Assembly (NCBI GenBank): GCA_013239625.1
Contig: MU053482.1
Span: 5,035,775 to 5,099,774 of the forward strand
Length of the DNA stretch: 64,000 nt
DNA from: Lama guanicoe
Lineage: Eukaryota
Reading direction: 5' to 3'
Under the pieces are notes generated by a model. It was not told where the DNA came from, did no database searches, and saw nothing but the letters and a program-made list of their open reading frames with translations. The translations under genes and the position numbers were made by a program. This document shows, piece after piece, positions 25,546 through 37,669 of this stretch; position 1 is the first letter of the stretch; each line of letters starts with the position of its first letter.

Positions 25546-28056
25546 TCTTGGTGGAACCTGCCTTGTATTTATGAATGTGTGTTTTTAAAAATTTGTGTCC
25601 GTCTCCCCCACTGCACTGTAATCCTAAGAATGCAAGGACCTTAGTGCTCTCTTGCTCCGTGAGTGACCCCACTATTCAGCTCCAGGTCTGGCAATAGGGC
25701 ACACTCAGAAAGTGATGAAGGGACGGGGGAATGAAGTGGCAGCGTGCTCGATGCCCATAGATGGCCCTGCTGAGACCCAGCTGTGGCTTGGCAGTTGTGC
25801 CATGTTTTCTCTGCCCTGGAGCTTTCCTGTGACTCCTGTGATGGGACAGGCTGAGAGTGTCCACTGTCTGGCCTCTCCTGGGCTTTGTCAAAAACAAGCA
25901 GGAGTGTCTGATTGTTTACAGGAGCTCAAAAATCATGACCATGTTAACCTCAGGTTTTCAGGCACCTTTGGAAGTTTTTACAACCTGCTCACAGAGGAGG
26001 GGTGGACTTTCTTGTGCCTGGATGCTCATGTCCCTGCCTAATGAAATTTGATCACACATGACGCTAGGTAGAGATACTTTTTTTCTTTCTGATATCTGGA
26101 CATTTTCAGAACTTGGATAATTTTATCCTATTTACATCAAACCTGCAGGTAACTCTAGACTTTTATATCTGTATTATTTCTGGAGAGGTATAATATGATT
26201 ATGAATGACAGTAATTGGCATTACATGCTTTAATTAAATTTCCTTTGCTGTGAATCAAAACCTTTTAGTCTAGCCCTGCAGTGCTATTTCTGGACTTCTC
26301 TTTTACATACTCTGCGTTAGGCAGCAGGTATAACATAAACTCACTTTTATAAGTTCAGCATCCCACAGATTAAATGAGATAATGCATGCAAGGTCGACTT
26401 AATGCCAGCCACATAATTATTAATTTAAAAAAAGTTAGTTGAATTTGCATACTTTGTGCCTTTTAGGTGTTAGCTATTTGAAGAACATAGTGCTTCTTAG
26501 AAGAGAGTCCTAAAGCTAATATTTATGAAAAGGCTCTGCTTTCAGTGGTAGCCCTTTCCAGGTGTCTGATGCTCCTGAGTTTTTGAGCACCCTTGGGCAG
26601 CTCAGTAGAACTGTCTCCCAGCACAGTCCACACCTTGGTCTTTGGAGTCCGATGGAGCAGGAAGTAGGAATCCCCTGCTTAATTGACCTGGTGCCTCCTT
26701 CCAGCCCAGAGATATTCCCTAGAACTGCCTCTCAGTGAGACCATCTTATCTTTGTCCCCTTGCTTAGTCTCACCCCACCACTGGGGCAGGATGATTTGGG
26801 CTAAGGGTCCTGGAAGACTGACCCCAGCAGTAGGCATTTCTGCCCAGTGCCCCACGGCCTGGCATCTTGGGAACCAGCCCTGAGTCCCTGCAGGAGTACT
26901 CCACCAGGGTGCGGATGAGATGGTCCCAGCATCTGAGTCCACTGAGCCAGTGCCAGTGCTGGGTCCCCTCCCTGCTTCATCTGCGCATGAAACAGGTACA
27001 CGGTGCCAGGGCCTGCCCCCACATCCCCCACCAGGGCTTTGCTTTAAACCAACCAGCCGATAAACTGAGTGGGCCACTGTGACAAATACTCAAATACAAG
27101 AAAGTTTTCTTGGCCTTAACACGCGCCTAAGATGATAAGTTCATGGCTGGAAATGTGTATGTAGACCCCTTCCTATCTTCATTACCTCACGACGTGCAGG
27201 TTTAGGTTCTCTTTCCTGAAAGGATGGGTTCCCCCACCACAACTGACAGGAGGCTTGAGGGCACAGCATGGCCCTCATGCTGTATCCAGGGCTTCTTGGG
27301 GTCACCCAGCTGTACCCACACCTTGCCTTTGCTGAAGGAGATGCTTATGACCTTGAATCTGTGGGCGGGCTAAGAAATTTCAGGACTCCCCCCAGATGAG
27401 ACCCACTTCTCAGTGGCCCTAACATTGACCCCTTGAAAATACCCAGCCCAGCCTCCACCACTGCTTAACTCTGGCAGGTAACTTGAATTGTATACCCAGA
27501 CTGAGCAGAAACAAGCAGGCATTCCAGATTTCCAGTTGCCAAGAGGCGAGCGGCAGAATCCTGTTTGCTTTGCAGCAGGTCTGGGAGTCTCATGTGGCAT
27601 CATATTAAATTATATAGGCAGCCACTTGTTCAACTGATGCACCGAGCTGAGAGTCGCGTTGAGCAGGCAGCCTTCTCCTCGGGAAACAGTGGAAAAGATT
27701 CTATACCTCTACAGACCTCCAGACGTCTGAAAATTAGCCTGAAAGCAGAGGGGTGTGGGCCACCGCAGGGAGAGCTCACCTCTGGGCAGAAGATATGATT
27801 GTGGCTGAAATCCTAGACCATGGGCTGTGGGGCACTTTGCCCTAAAGGTGGGTCAGAGCCTGGATGAAGGTGGACATGCTATGGGGGGGAGGTGATTCTC
27901 TTTTGGGGGTGCCCTGGTCAGCTGCTGGTGCATCTCCCGTGTTTGGGCTTCTGAGATGGTAGGTGCCTCCTCTTCTTGCCTCTGAAGGTGTTTTGTGTCA
28001 TCCTGACCTGTATTAGCCTAGCTCTTGATAGAGATCGCTCTGGAGGGGAGGGATGG

Positions 28057-28093
28057 AGTGTGTGTGTGTGTGTGTGTGCATGTGCATGTGTGT
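28057..28093. repeat. (TG)n microsatellite
   Basis: gtgtgtgtgtgtgtgtgtgtgcatgtgcatgtgtg. Confidence 0.9.
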
Positions 28094-28661
28094 AGGATGT
28101 TTCAGGGTAAGGGGGGATGAGGGTGAACACAGAAATAAAGGAGTGAAGGACTTACGAAAGAAAAGATCTACCTAATTTTACTGCTCGCTGTCCTCTGCCC
28201 CTACCTAATGGTAAATCTAAGCGTGCATTCTGAAAGTGTGAAGAGATGCTTTTGGCCTCTGTGAGCTGTTAGCCTGCTAAATGCTTTTCCTGAAACCTAA
28301 CAGCCAGCTCTGCTCTGTAGCTGAAGCAGAGTGGGTGTAGCAATTCTCATTAGTGACAGGAATATGGACAGGGCAAATAGCTTACTTTAAGAGCTCATAA
28401 TCAGTAATGCCTAAGGGGCCTTTGCAATCCCCCCAAATAGTTTGGAATAAACAGATGAAGACAAGAACTGAATGGGTTTGGTTGATATACATGTAAGTTC
28501 TTGGCAAGACTTTCCACTCAGTTTTCACCCAGATTAAACATGGCTTGAAAATTCACATGTTTGGGTTTATGCCTCCTCATAGATTTTGACAGGTTAAAGG
28601 TTACCTCAGTTCAGGCTCTTTGATCTGGGTTCTGAAAAGACCACAGTTAATAAAGAAGTAA

Positions 28662-28717
28662 TTTGACACAACATTGTAAAATGACTATAACTCAATAAAA
28701 AAAAGTTAAAAAAATAA
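28662..28717 (+). mobile_element. 56-bp extremely 5'-truncated young L1 with a perfect 13-bp TSD
   Basis: tttgacacaacattgtaaaatgactataactcaataaaaaaaagttaaaaaaa is the reverse complement of ~39131-39183 with one mismatch. TSD aataaagaagtaa at 28649-28661 and 28718-28730, preceded by TT. Confidence 0.9.
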
Positions 28718-29489
28718 AATAAAGAAGTAAAATGGGTAGCCGTGAGCAACTCTCAGTCATGTGTGAGCCCGAGGAATGGCCGTGGTGATGAGTCTCCCTG
28801 GCTCCCCTGAAGTTGTGTAGGGGGCACCCCGCTCCTCTCTGGGACCCACCGTGCTTCCGTCACAGATTCTCAGCCCATTGATGAATTGCTGGACCACAGA
28901 TTCACTCCTTTGCACCCTCTGGCAAAGCATTTGTGTTGAAGTTCCCAACCAGAGAGAACAGCAGCTCTGGGGGAAAGGAGGAGACTGAGGGGTCCCGAAG
29001 TTACAGCTGACCCAGAGCTGCCCGGAGCAGAGCAGGTGTGTGCCCTTTGGTGGGCTGGGGCAGTGGGCAGAGCAGACGCGGAGGGGAGGAAGGTGCACAG
29101 AGAGACAGTCCCGGGCCGCTGCTGTGAAGCGTTTCATGTTGTTTTACTTAAACATCTCTGTGGACCAGTGGAGCTGAATATTTTCCCCAATATTCACTAG
29201 TTATTTATATTTTTTCTTTGTATAAATTGCCACTTAATATATTTTATTAAACTTCCCTAGGGGCTTTGATAGACTGCTAATGGATTTTTCTAATGAAGTC
29301 ATTATATATTAAGAATATTAATCTATGCTTGCCATATTAGTTGCATCTTTTGTTTCCAGATTGACCTTATTCTTAGTTGCTTGCCCTGATCTGCCTCCTT
29401 ATTTTACAAAACAAGCCTGTGGTTTCCTCCTGCTTCCCATGTTCAGAATCTAGTTCTTAGGTACCATGAAAAAAACAAAACCCAGAACT

Positions 29490-30640
29490 TCCTACTATAA
29501 AAACTCCTAACACAAAAGTAGAAAGAACAGTGTAGTACACCCCCGATGAACCCATCACCCACTTCAACAGTGATAATCCAGGGCCGGCCTTGTTTCATTT
29601 ATACCTCCCCTCTGACCCTCTGCCCCTGCTGCAAGATTCTTTTGCCGTAAATCCCAGATATACTATTTCAGTTATAGCTCTCAAAGATAAGGATTTCTTT
29701 TTAAAAATACAATTATTACATGTATTTAATAATTCCTTAACATCTTCAGCTGTTATCTCATAATTTTGATTGTTTCATTTCTTTATTATTTTTACAGTTG
29801 GAATCAAGATCGAAATAAGGCCCATGCATTGCAATTGATTGATGTTATGTCAGATCTCTTTCATTCCTTGAAGTCGATTTACTGAAGAATAGAATTCCTA
29901 CAGTCTAGATTTTGCTCATTGTATCTTGATGGTCTCACTTAACATGTTCCTCCGACCCCCGTATCTCCTGAAAATTGGGAGGGAGATATGGAACTGATGG
30001 TGGTGTGTCTCTGCGGGGGTGGGGGAGCAGAGGCATTGTGTCTGGTTGTCACTGATTTGTCAGGAACCACTGGTGATCATTGCGTAGAAACCTTAATACA
30101 TTAAGGGTTTCCAAATGGTTATGTTCTCATTCATTTATTCCATTATCACTTACCAGCTAAAATGCTTTGTAAAGATAAACTTTGCCTCACTAAGTGTTTG
30201 ATCAGCACAGGTACAGTCTGATTTAGAATAGGATAAGCGTAAGATATTTCCCCTTTATTTACCAGTTTTCAAAATGAACGGATTTCCTAGCATCCTCCAG
30301 AGGTGACTGGAGACATGTTGAGTTTTGTTTTGTTTTTCTAATATCATTACTAACTCATGGGTTTAACTAGATTTGATGCATTTTAACCCATTGCAATTAT
30401 TATCCTCATTGGTGCTCAGCTTTTTCTGGCTTTGGCCAGTAGAAGCATCCAGGATATGATCCTAATCTAGTAGAAATGCTTAACTTACTAGTTTCTAGCA
30501 ATAAGATGTTCCAAGCTCTTCTTATATATTTTCTTCCTCAGAGCTAGAATCGGCCATTTCTGCAAGGAGCCGGGATTCCTTTATGGAAGTGGCATCATTA
30601 TTTAGAGGCCACAACCCAGGTGCTGTGGGTGTTGAGCACC
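29490..30640 (-). mobile_element. L1MC4/L1MC5-type 3' UTR
   Basis: cccatcacccacttcaaca, aataaggcccatgcattgcaattgattgatg, taagatgttccaagctcttctt...gaatcggccatttctgcaaggagcc. Confidence 0.75.
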
Positions 30641-33600
30641 ATTTTTTTCCACCTCTGAAAATCCATCCAAAGCACAGCCACCCATTAAGACCACGACGGC
30701 TGTCAGCCCACCGCCGTCACCATCCAGCCTTCACCTTGCCTCCATAACACACCTTCCTTCTCCAACCTGCCTGGGCCCTTTGACCACGCCACCTGAATCC
30801 GAGTGTCCCGCATCTTAAAGCATTTCATGGGCCTTTTTCTACTCGCTCTTTCACTATCCTGTCTCTTTTTTTATCAACCCAAGACAAGACGATAGATCAT
30901 AATTTCTTAGTCGCCTCCAACTTTGTTTTTGAGCTCTGTTGGCTTGCCAGAGTCATTCTTGTTCCGTGAGATCATCTCTGAGCGGTCCCTCTCTCTCCCA
31001 CGTTACTGGGCACGCACTGGGGAAAGGTGGGGAGGGGTGGGTTAACAAGTACCGAATGCTCACCAAGGCATGTCCTCCTCCTGTGCTGGGCATTTCATGT
31101 CCATTATGTCATCTGAGCTTCGTTACAAAACTCTGAGCTAAGTATGGTGGTTCCCATCGCAGAGGGGAAGGACACTGAAGTCAGAGGCAGAGCTGGGAGT
31201 AGTCTACCTTTCTCCGGAGCCCAGGCTGCTCAGACTGCGTTATCGTGGTGGTACATCCCAGGAGGACTTCTGCTTGGATGGATCCGCCAAAGAACCTGTC
31301 CCAAGCCCGTCTGCAAACTTGCAGACGTCTGCTTTCCTGACCCTGCAGCAGTTCCCCGTGGCTTTCAGGAGTAAATCCACACTTTGTGCGTTCTGGCTTT
31401 TGGCTTCATTCCCTTAACACCTCACAGACTTACGACTTTCCAGCAGTCTTCCCGAAAACGTGCCTGTTCTCGTGTCTCCAGCCCTTTTACATGTCCTACT
31501 CCTTCTTCCCCTAGTGAACTCCTTCTCCTCTTAGGAGCAAACAACACATCTCCTCTGGGAAGCCCTCCCTGATTTCCACTTTCGGACGGGCTAAGTGATG
31601 CTGCTTTGGCTCCCACAGGGGGCTGTGCTGTACTCTGCGGCTGGGTCTCATTCATCCCTTTGACCCCAAGACCCAGGAAAGTAGCTCAGCAAGGCTGTCG
31701 AAGGCATATTTAGACAAGTGAATGCGTGTGGGGTACCAGCTATCCCACGCTTACTCACATGGGTAAACTGTTACCACCTTTGAAATAGTCTTTACAGTTT
31801 CTTGTGGCCTCTGTCACTCTCTTCTTCCATTGTGCATGTTTATTTTTGTCGTAAGTTAAATTGTGCTCTAGGCCTGGAAGACGCAACCAGCTTGAGGCTC
31901 GCAGTGCATCGCTTTGCATGTAGTCAAGACTCGATAATTATCCATGGAATTGAATCAAATGGAAGGTTGTACAAAAGGAAGCTACAGTGCAAGTGTCAGG
32001 CATGCAGTCAGAATGCCAGACAGATGGTTAAAGCAACTCTAATCTACTACAATTTCTTTTAATAGGTTCTCTGCACAGATTTGCTGTCAACATGGATTGT
32101 TGGTTGAAAAGAAAACCAGGGAGGTGCAGTTGCTCTTGTGAGGCACAGTGACCAGCAGTGTTTTGCCACTTCCAGTGTGATGGTCCCGGATTTTTGCTCT
32201 GGGACAGGACTTAGTCACGATGCTGAGAAGGCCTAGGTGATAAGCAAAAATGCTTCCACCTAAATGCTCAGACCCCCCGTGCTCAGCGCCAGCCACCTTG
32301 GCCCTCTCTGCTCCCTTTCTTGCTGCCTCCACCTCCTTTACCTTCTTTTCTTAAAGCCTAGACCCACCTGAGACTACCATCTTGCTCTGACGTAGAAAGC
32401 GGAGTTGTTCATGTGGCTGTGGGACTCTGCTAGAAGAGAGTACTGCTCGGGGGCCAGCGTGGCCACACTGTCCATTTATTCAGAAAGTAAACATTAAGCA
32501 CTCATGGTGTGGCAGGTGCTGGCAGTGCAGGGGCGGGCAAGGTGTCAGGTCTCTTGGAGTGCTCCAAATAGTGGCGGGGACGGGGTCCTTCAAGTATGCA
32601 CACCAATAGCTAATTACAAATGGTGCTAAGTGAGATGGAGAGGAAAACAGAGATCTGTCCACAGAAGGGTCTGGCCCCACCTTCTCCATGAAGCCCTCCT
32701 TGGTTCCTCCTGGCAGTGCAAGCTAGGCCTAGTCTCCCTCATCACCCAGAGCCACGCCTGTGCCGGCCCTCAGCCCACTGAGACTCCGGGTGTACATGAC
32801 TGCCAGCTCCTAGGGCAAGGGTTCATTCTTCCCTAGAACAGTGTATGGCATACAGCAGGTGCTCAATCAGCATGTAAGAGAGGGAGGAAGGGAATGAGCA
32901 CATTTTACAGGACCCATCCATCAGAAGAAGGAATCAAAGACTTTCCTGATCATGATGCTGTGATGAAGAATTAGTTCCAAAATTTTAGCTATGTCCCCAA
33001 GAAGAAGGCGTCTCTTCTCCAGAAGGGATGTAGAGGATGAGTAATGAACAGAACCCTTCAGCCCAGGGCCTGGCCTGTGTAGGAGCTCAGCGCAGGGTAC
33101 ATCCCTTCCCCTGCACCCTAGAAGTTTCCTCAGAATGGTGGTGTGTTCTGATGGAAGCAACCCGCCCAGCAGCAGTCCCTGGCATCCTCTCAGAGCAGAC
33201 CTGAGCCGGGTCGGGGGGCAAGGCTGGCATCCTGCTCAGCTCTGAGTCTCCAGCACAGGCCCATCACGGTCAGGACTAAGGGAATGTTTATTCTGAACGG
33301 CACTGGCCTCGTGTCATAATAACAGCCCATCCATGCTGGTTTGCATCTTCCTTGGAGAACAAGAGTGGTCCCCTCCTAGATATGTTGCTAAAAATGTATC
33401 TTCTTAACCTTTCACCCAGTCTCCTGGGATTTGTGTCCTGGGGAAAGGGTGGCGGGTCCTGGTCCCAGAATCCCTGGGTGAGCATAGCAGATGCATTTGC
33501 CCTGTACGTGGTGCCCCCAGCCACCTGTTTCAGCCTGGCAGTGGCAGGCGGTTAGGTGCACACAGAGAACTCCCACCTTAATCTGGCACCTTCACTTTTC

Positions 33601-34119
33601 TGTCCCAGGGCTCTAGCTTCTGAAGCTCCCTCGGTTGGCACCCAGCGTGGCCTGGAAGTGTGGAGAGGTGGCCGCTGGGGGTCACCTCAGTAATGGGGAG
33701 ACGTCTCCTGGGGACACTGTCTACAGGTTCTCAGTCCCATGGGGTTGAGGCTCAGTTGCCCACAGTGACTGGCTCAGTAAGGTTGCTCCCTTTGCTGGCT
33801 CTTCCTCCGTCTCTGAATCACTGTCCTTTTCCTTGACCCCTTTCCCTGGGATTTCTTCTTTCAGATGACTCCAGACTAAGACACTGGGGAAGGGAGATGG
33901 TAGAATCTTCTTCTAGGGACCTTTTCAGGGAAATCTAAACTTTCTGAACTTTAGCCTGCTCATCCGTGAAAGACGGAGACTAGCCTGTGGCCTGACCCGC
34001 ACATGGGGCTGTCATCTGGTTCCCCAGAGGCACCACATCCTGCTGCACTTGCTAGTGCCGCTGCCTGAGCGCCCTCCCCCTCCATAGCTGGTGAATGACT
34101 CAACCTTGCAGACGCAGCC

Positions 34120-34480
34120 ACCTCCCCCCTGGGCTGGAAACCACCTAAATGTCCGACAGTTACGGAATGGTTAAGTCACGTATACGTGTGCCCTCAACTG
34201 AGATTGGGAAAGCCAGTTAAAGGGATATTTTTGATGGCATAAGGAAGCACAGTGAGATTATCTGATACTATAAGAGCGAGCTATAGAACTAGGTGTACCC
34301 AGTGTACGTGTGTGTGTGTGTGTGTGTCTAAAACGGAAGAGGTGGTAAGAAAATACGACATGTTATCTCTAAGGGTAGGATTATTTTCTCTTGGTTTTTT
34401 AATATGTTCGAAGTTCTCTTACATGAGCATGTTTTTTCTTTTCTAGTGAGAAATAAATCAACTTGTTATTTAAAACAAAC
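34120..34480 (+). mobile_element. Decayed L1ME/L1MC 3' fragment containing (TG)n at ~34308-34327
   Basis: ggaaaccacctaaatgtccgacagtt..ggaatggttaa, ttatctctaagggtaggatta. Confidence 0.55.
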
Positions 34481-34694
34481 AAAAATACTGCTCAAATGTC
34501 ACCTCCTTTTTAATCTGCCCTCACAGAGGCTGAGCCTCCGTAGAGGGATCAGACAACCTGTGGGGATTCGCATACGTGAGCTTATTCCCCGTGACACTTC
34601 TCTTGGCTTTATGTGGGAATGCAGAAGGGACTGTGTTTCAGACATTTTCATATATTAAGAAAAAAAAGGGGCTGTTTCATAAAACTGGGACAAC

Positions 34695-34960
34695 ATACAG
34701 TGTAGTGTTAAGGATGTGAACTCTGGAGCCAGCTGGCCTGGGATCAAATCTGGATTTCACTTTTGAACTGTGTGGCTTTGCTCAAGTTACATTACCTCTC
34801 TGGGTCTCATTTTCCTCATCTGTAAAATGGAGATAATAATAGTACCTATTCATTGGATTGTTGGGAAACTTAAATGAGTTACTGTATGTTTATAAAAAAT
34901 GGTGCCACATCAACGTGCCTGGTACAAAGAAAGTACAGGCAAGCGTGTGTTCTCTCACCA
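34695..34960 (+). mobile_element. MIR SINE, near full length
   Basis: actctggagccagctggcctgggatcaaatc...ctcattttcctcatctgtaaaatggagataataatagtaccta. Confidence 0.9.
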
Positions 34961-36683
34961 TCCTCATCATTGTCCGTTCAAGAGAGAGTTTCCACAAGCA
35001 GTGCTGCTTCAGGCTAAACCACTGAGTGACCTTCAGACAAGTCCAGAATTAGCCCACCAGTGAACTGATCCAAACAAAACACGACAATGCCGCCTTTATT
35101 CACTGGCCACACCCCTACCTAGAGCCCTTGTTTCAACAGAGGCCACCACTTGGGAATTCAAGTGGGCTAGTACTTGATGTGGCACTTTTTAAGGATTGAG
35201 CCACTGGGAAAAAAAATGACTGGCTTATTCAGGAGTAATAAATAAGGATATAGACATGAAGGTCAAAAGCCACAGAGAATGAAATGAAGAAACTTGATTC
35301 AGGTGACACACAAAGATAAAAGGAAGTGAGGTGCAGAAGCTGCACCAGGTGCCTGGAGCCCCTCTGGCTCTCCCTCTGCATCGCCCATGCTTTCCTCTGC
35401 TGCTCCCGCTTGGAAGGATGCTCTGTTCTCAGTACTTGGTTCAGAAGTGTGGGGAGGACCTTATCATATTACATTGCAGTTTGTGGGCACGTCTTTGCCC
35501 CTCCTCCTCTAACTTAAGCATCCTCTGAGCACTGATTGTGTAGCATGTGCCCGGCACTACACTGGTCTCTGACGGCCACCACTGGTAGCTGCCCCACGGG
35601 AACATACTGACCCCAGAAGTCCTTGTTTGTCATTGTATTCACAGCTCCCGGCCCAGCCCCTGGTACCAGAGATGCCCATGCATGCTTAAGAATGAAGGAG
35701 ATAAGCAGTGCCAGCTCCACTCTGGCTGTCCTGGGTTGCTTGTTGTACCCACACTTCACGTGTCATCAGCCAATATACCAGATCAATTTTTGTTGGTTTC
35801 TCCAAGGTTGTTACAAGTGCTTAGGGTGTACGGATGCCCACAGACATATACTCATGCACAATGGCTTTGTGTTTTCCATGAGAAACTCCCAGGATGGCAC
35901 AACTCACATCACCTTCTGCTTAAGTGAGAACAGACCTTTAAAGCCAAGAAAATGGTTCTGGTTCTCCATCTAAAGAGATAATGTGATGTGGCATGGCAAA
36001 AGACAGAGAATGATGATGTATTTGATGATGGACCCCTCTGTGCCTGTGCAGTGTTTTAAATTCCCATGGCTTACTTGAGACCTCCACCAATGCTTTAGTT
36101 CAGATAGTTTTGACTGCCCAAAGCTAATCAATGGTGCATCCGCCTTCCTCCGTACATACTTGTAGTTGGAGGGCAGCTGAATCACGTGCTTGGTTGAACA
36201 GTGAATTCACATCCAGGGGCTATGTGCTTGGCAGCCTTCCAACTCTGCAGAGACTACAAAATGGACCAAAACAAAGACGCTGGTGGAAACTTTAAGACAC
36301 AGGACTGTAGATCCCCCTGTCAGCGCCAATCACAACACCAGCCTCTAAGTTCCCTTTTTTTGGCTGTGCTCCAAGGTCCAGATGTCAGATCCTGGTGACT
36401 AAACAGTTGTGTCAAGTAGAGGGGAGTGTGGGGGGACCCTGACTGTCTGTTGAGGCCACTGTGATCCACTTCCCATATTTACCTGATGTTTTACATTATG
36501 GCTGCTGAAATAAGTATCCTTTTAGTTAAAAGTAATAAAACTCCTCTGATTTAAGGGCTGGGATGGAGGGGGTTGGGATTTTGCATTTTCTTTTGACAAT
36601 TTCACATGGAGGAACAATGAACCCACATATTGTAGGCAAGGATGAGTATTGGGAGCAGAACCTGTCCCTTTAACCAAGAAAAC

Positions 36684-37206
36684 TGTTATAGGCAGATTGA
36701 TAGCCCTCCAAAGATGTCCACATCTCAGTTCCTGGTATCTGTGAATATGTTACCTTGCATGGCAAAGGGAAATAAAGGTTGCAGGTGGAATTTCTGCTGC
36801 TCATCATCTGACTCTAAAACAGGGAGATTGTCCTGGGTTCTCCAGGTGCCCCGGTGTAACCGTAGGGTACTTTTAAGGATCCTTAAAAGTAGAAGGGGAA
36901 GACAGGAGAGGAGGTCAGAGTAATGCAAAGTGAAAGGAATTTGACCTCCAGCCCCTGCAGCCCCATTGCTGACTTTGAAGACGGAGGAAGGGGGCTGCAA
37001 GCCAAGGACTGCAGGTGGCCTCTAGAAGCTAGAAAAGGCAAAAAATGGATTCTCCCCTAGAGCCTCCAGAAAGAAACATGGCACTGCCAACACCTTGATT
37101 TTAGCCCAGTGAGACCCATGTTGGCCTTCTAACCTGTAGACCCATAAGGATAATAAATCTGTGTTGTTTCAAGCCACCAAGGATACAGCAAAAGACAACT
37201 AATACA
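36684..37206 (+). mobile_element. MLT1D MaLR solo LTR with an intact 5-bp TSD
   Basis: TG...CA termini; tgtgaatatgttaccttgcatggcaaa; ctctagaagctagaaaaggcaa...ggattctcccctagagcctccaga; AATAAA near the end. TSD aaaac at 36679-36683 and 37207-37211. Confidence 0.9.
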
Positions 37207-37669
37207 AAAACCCGTGGTGTAAAGACCCCATGAGGAGCCATGGATAGACATATATTCCAGGGCAGTTCCAGAGAAAGCATTAAAAATGCCACTGTACCTT
37301 GAGTGATGGTTGTACTAGTGGGACAGAATCCTCCTTGGGAGAGCAAAAACGACCTTGCCAGGCATCCTTAAGTAATGAGGAAGCTCTGTCTTCTCATCTC
37401 AGCTCTGGAAAAAACCAAAAAGCCATGTAGTTTCTTCCTGGAAGTGGGTTCTCACTTGGGAAAGAGCACAGCTTGCATGGTAGGGCTTTGAAATGGTCTT
37501 TATGCTTTGTCTTGTATTCAAATGCTTCTGTAGGGCTCAGCCAGTGTTGGCTAAATTACCACCATCTCCTTGGTGATGGAAAGAAATATATGTGTCTTTT
37601 AAAATCATGGATTTCCCCCCCTCCAGTGAAAGCTTATTTGGCTGGAAAAATAGCAAATTTATGTTGATT

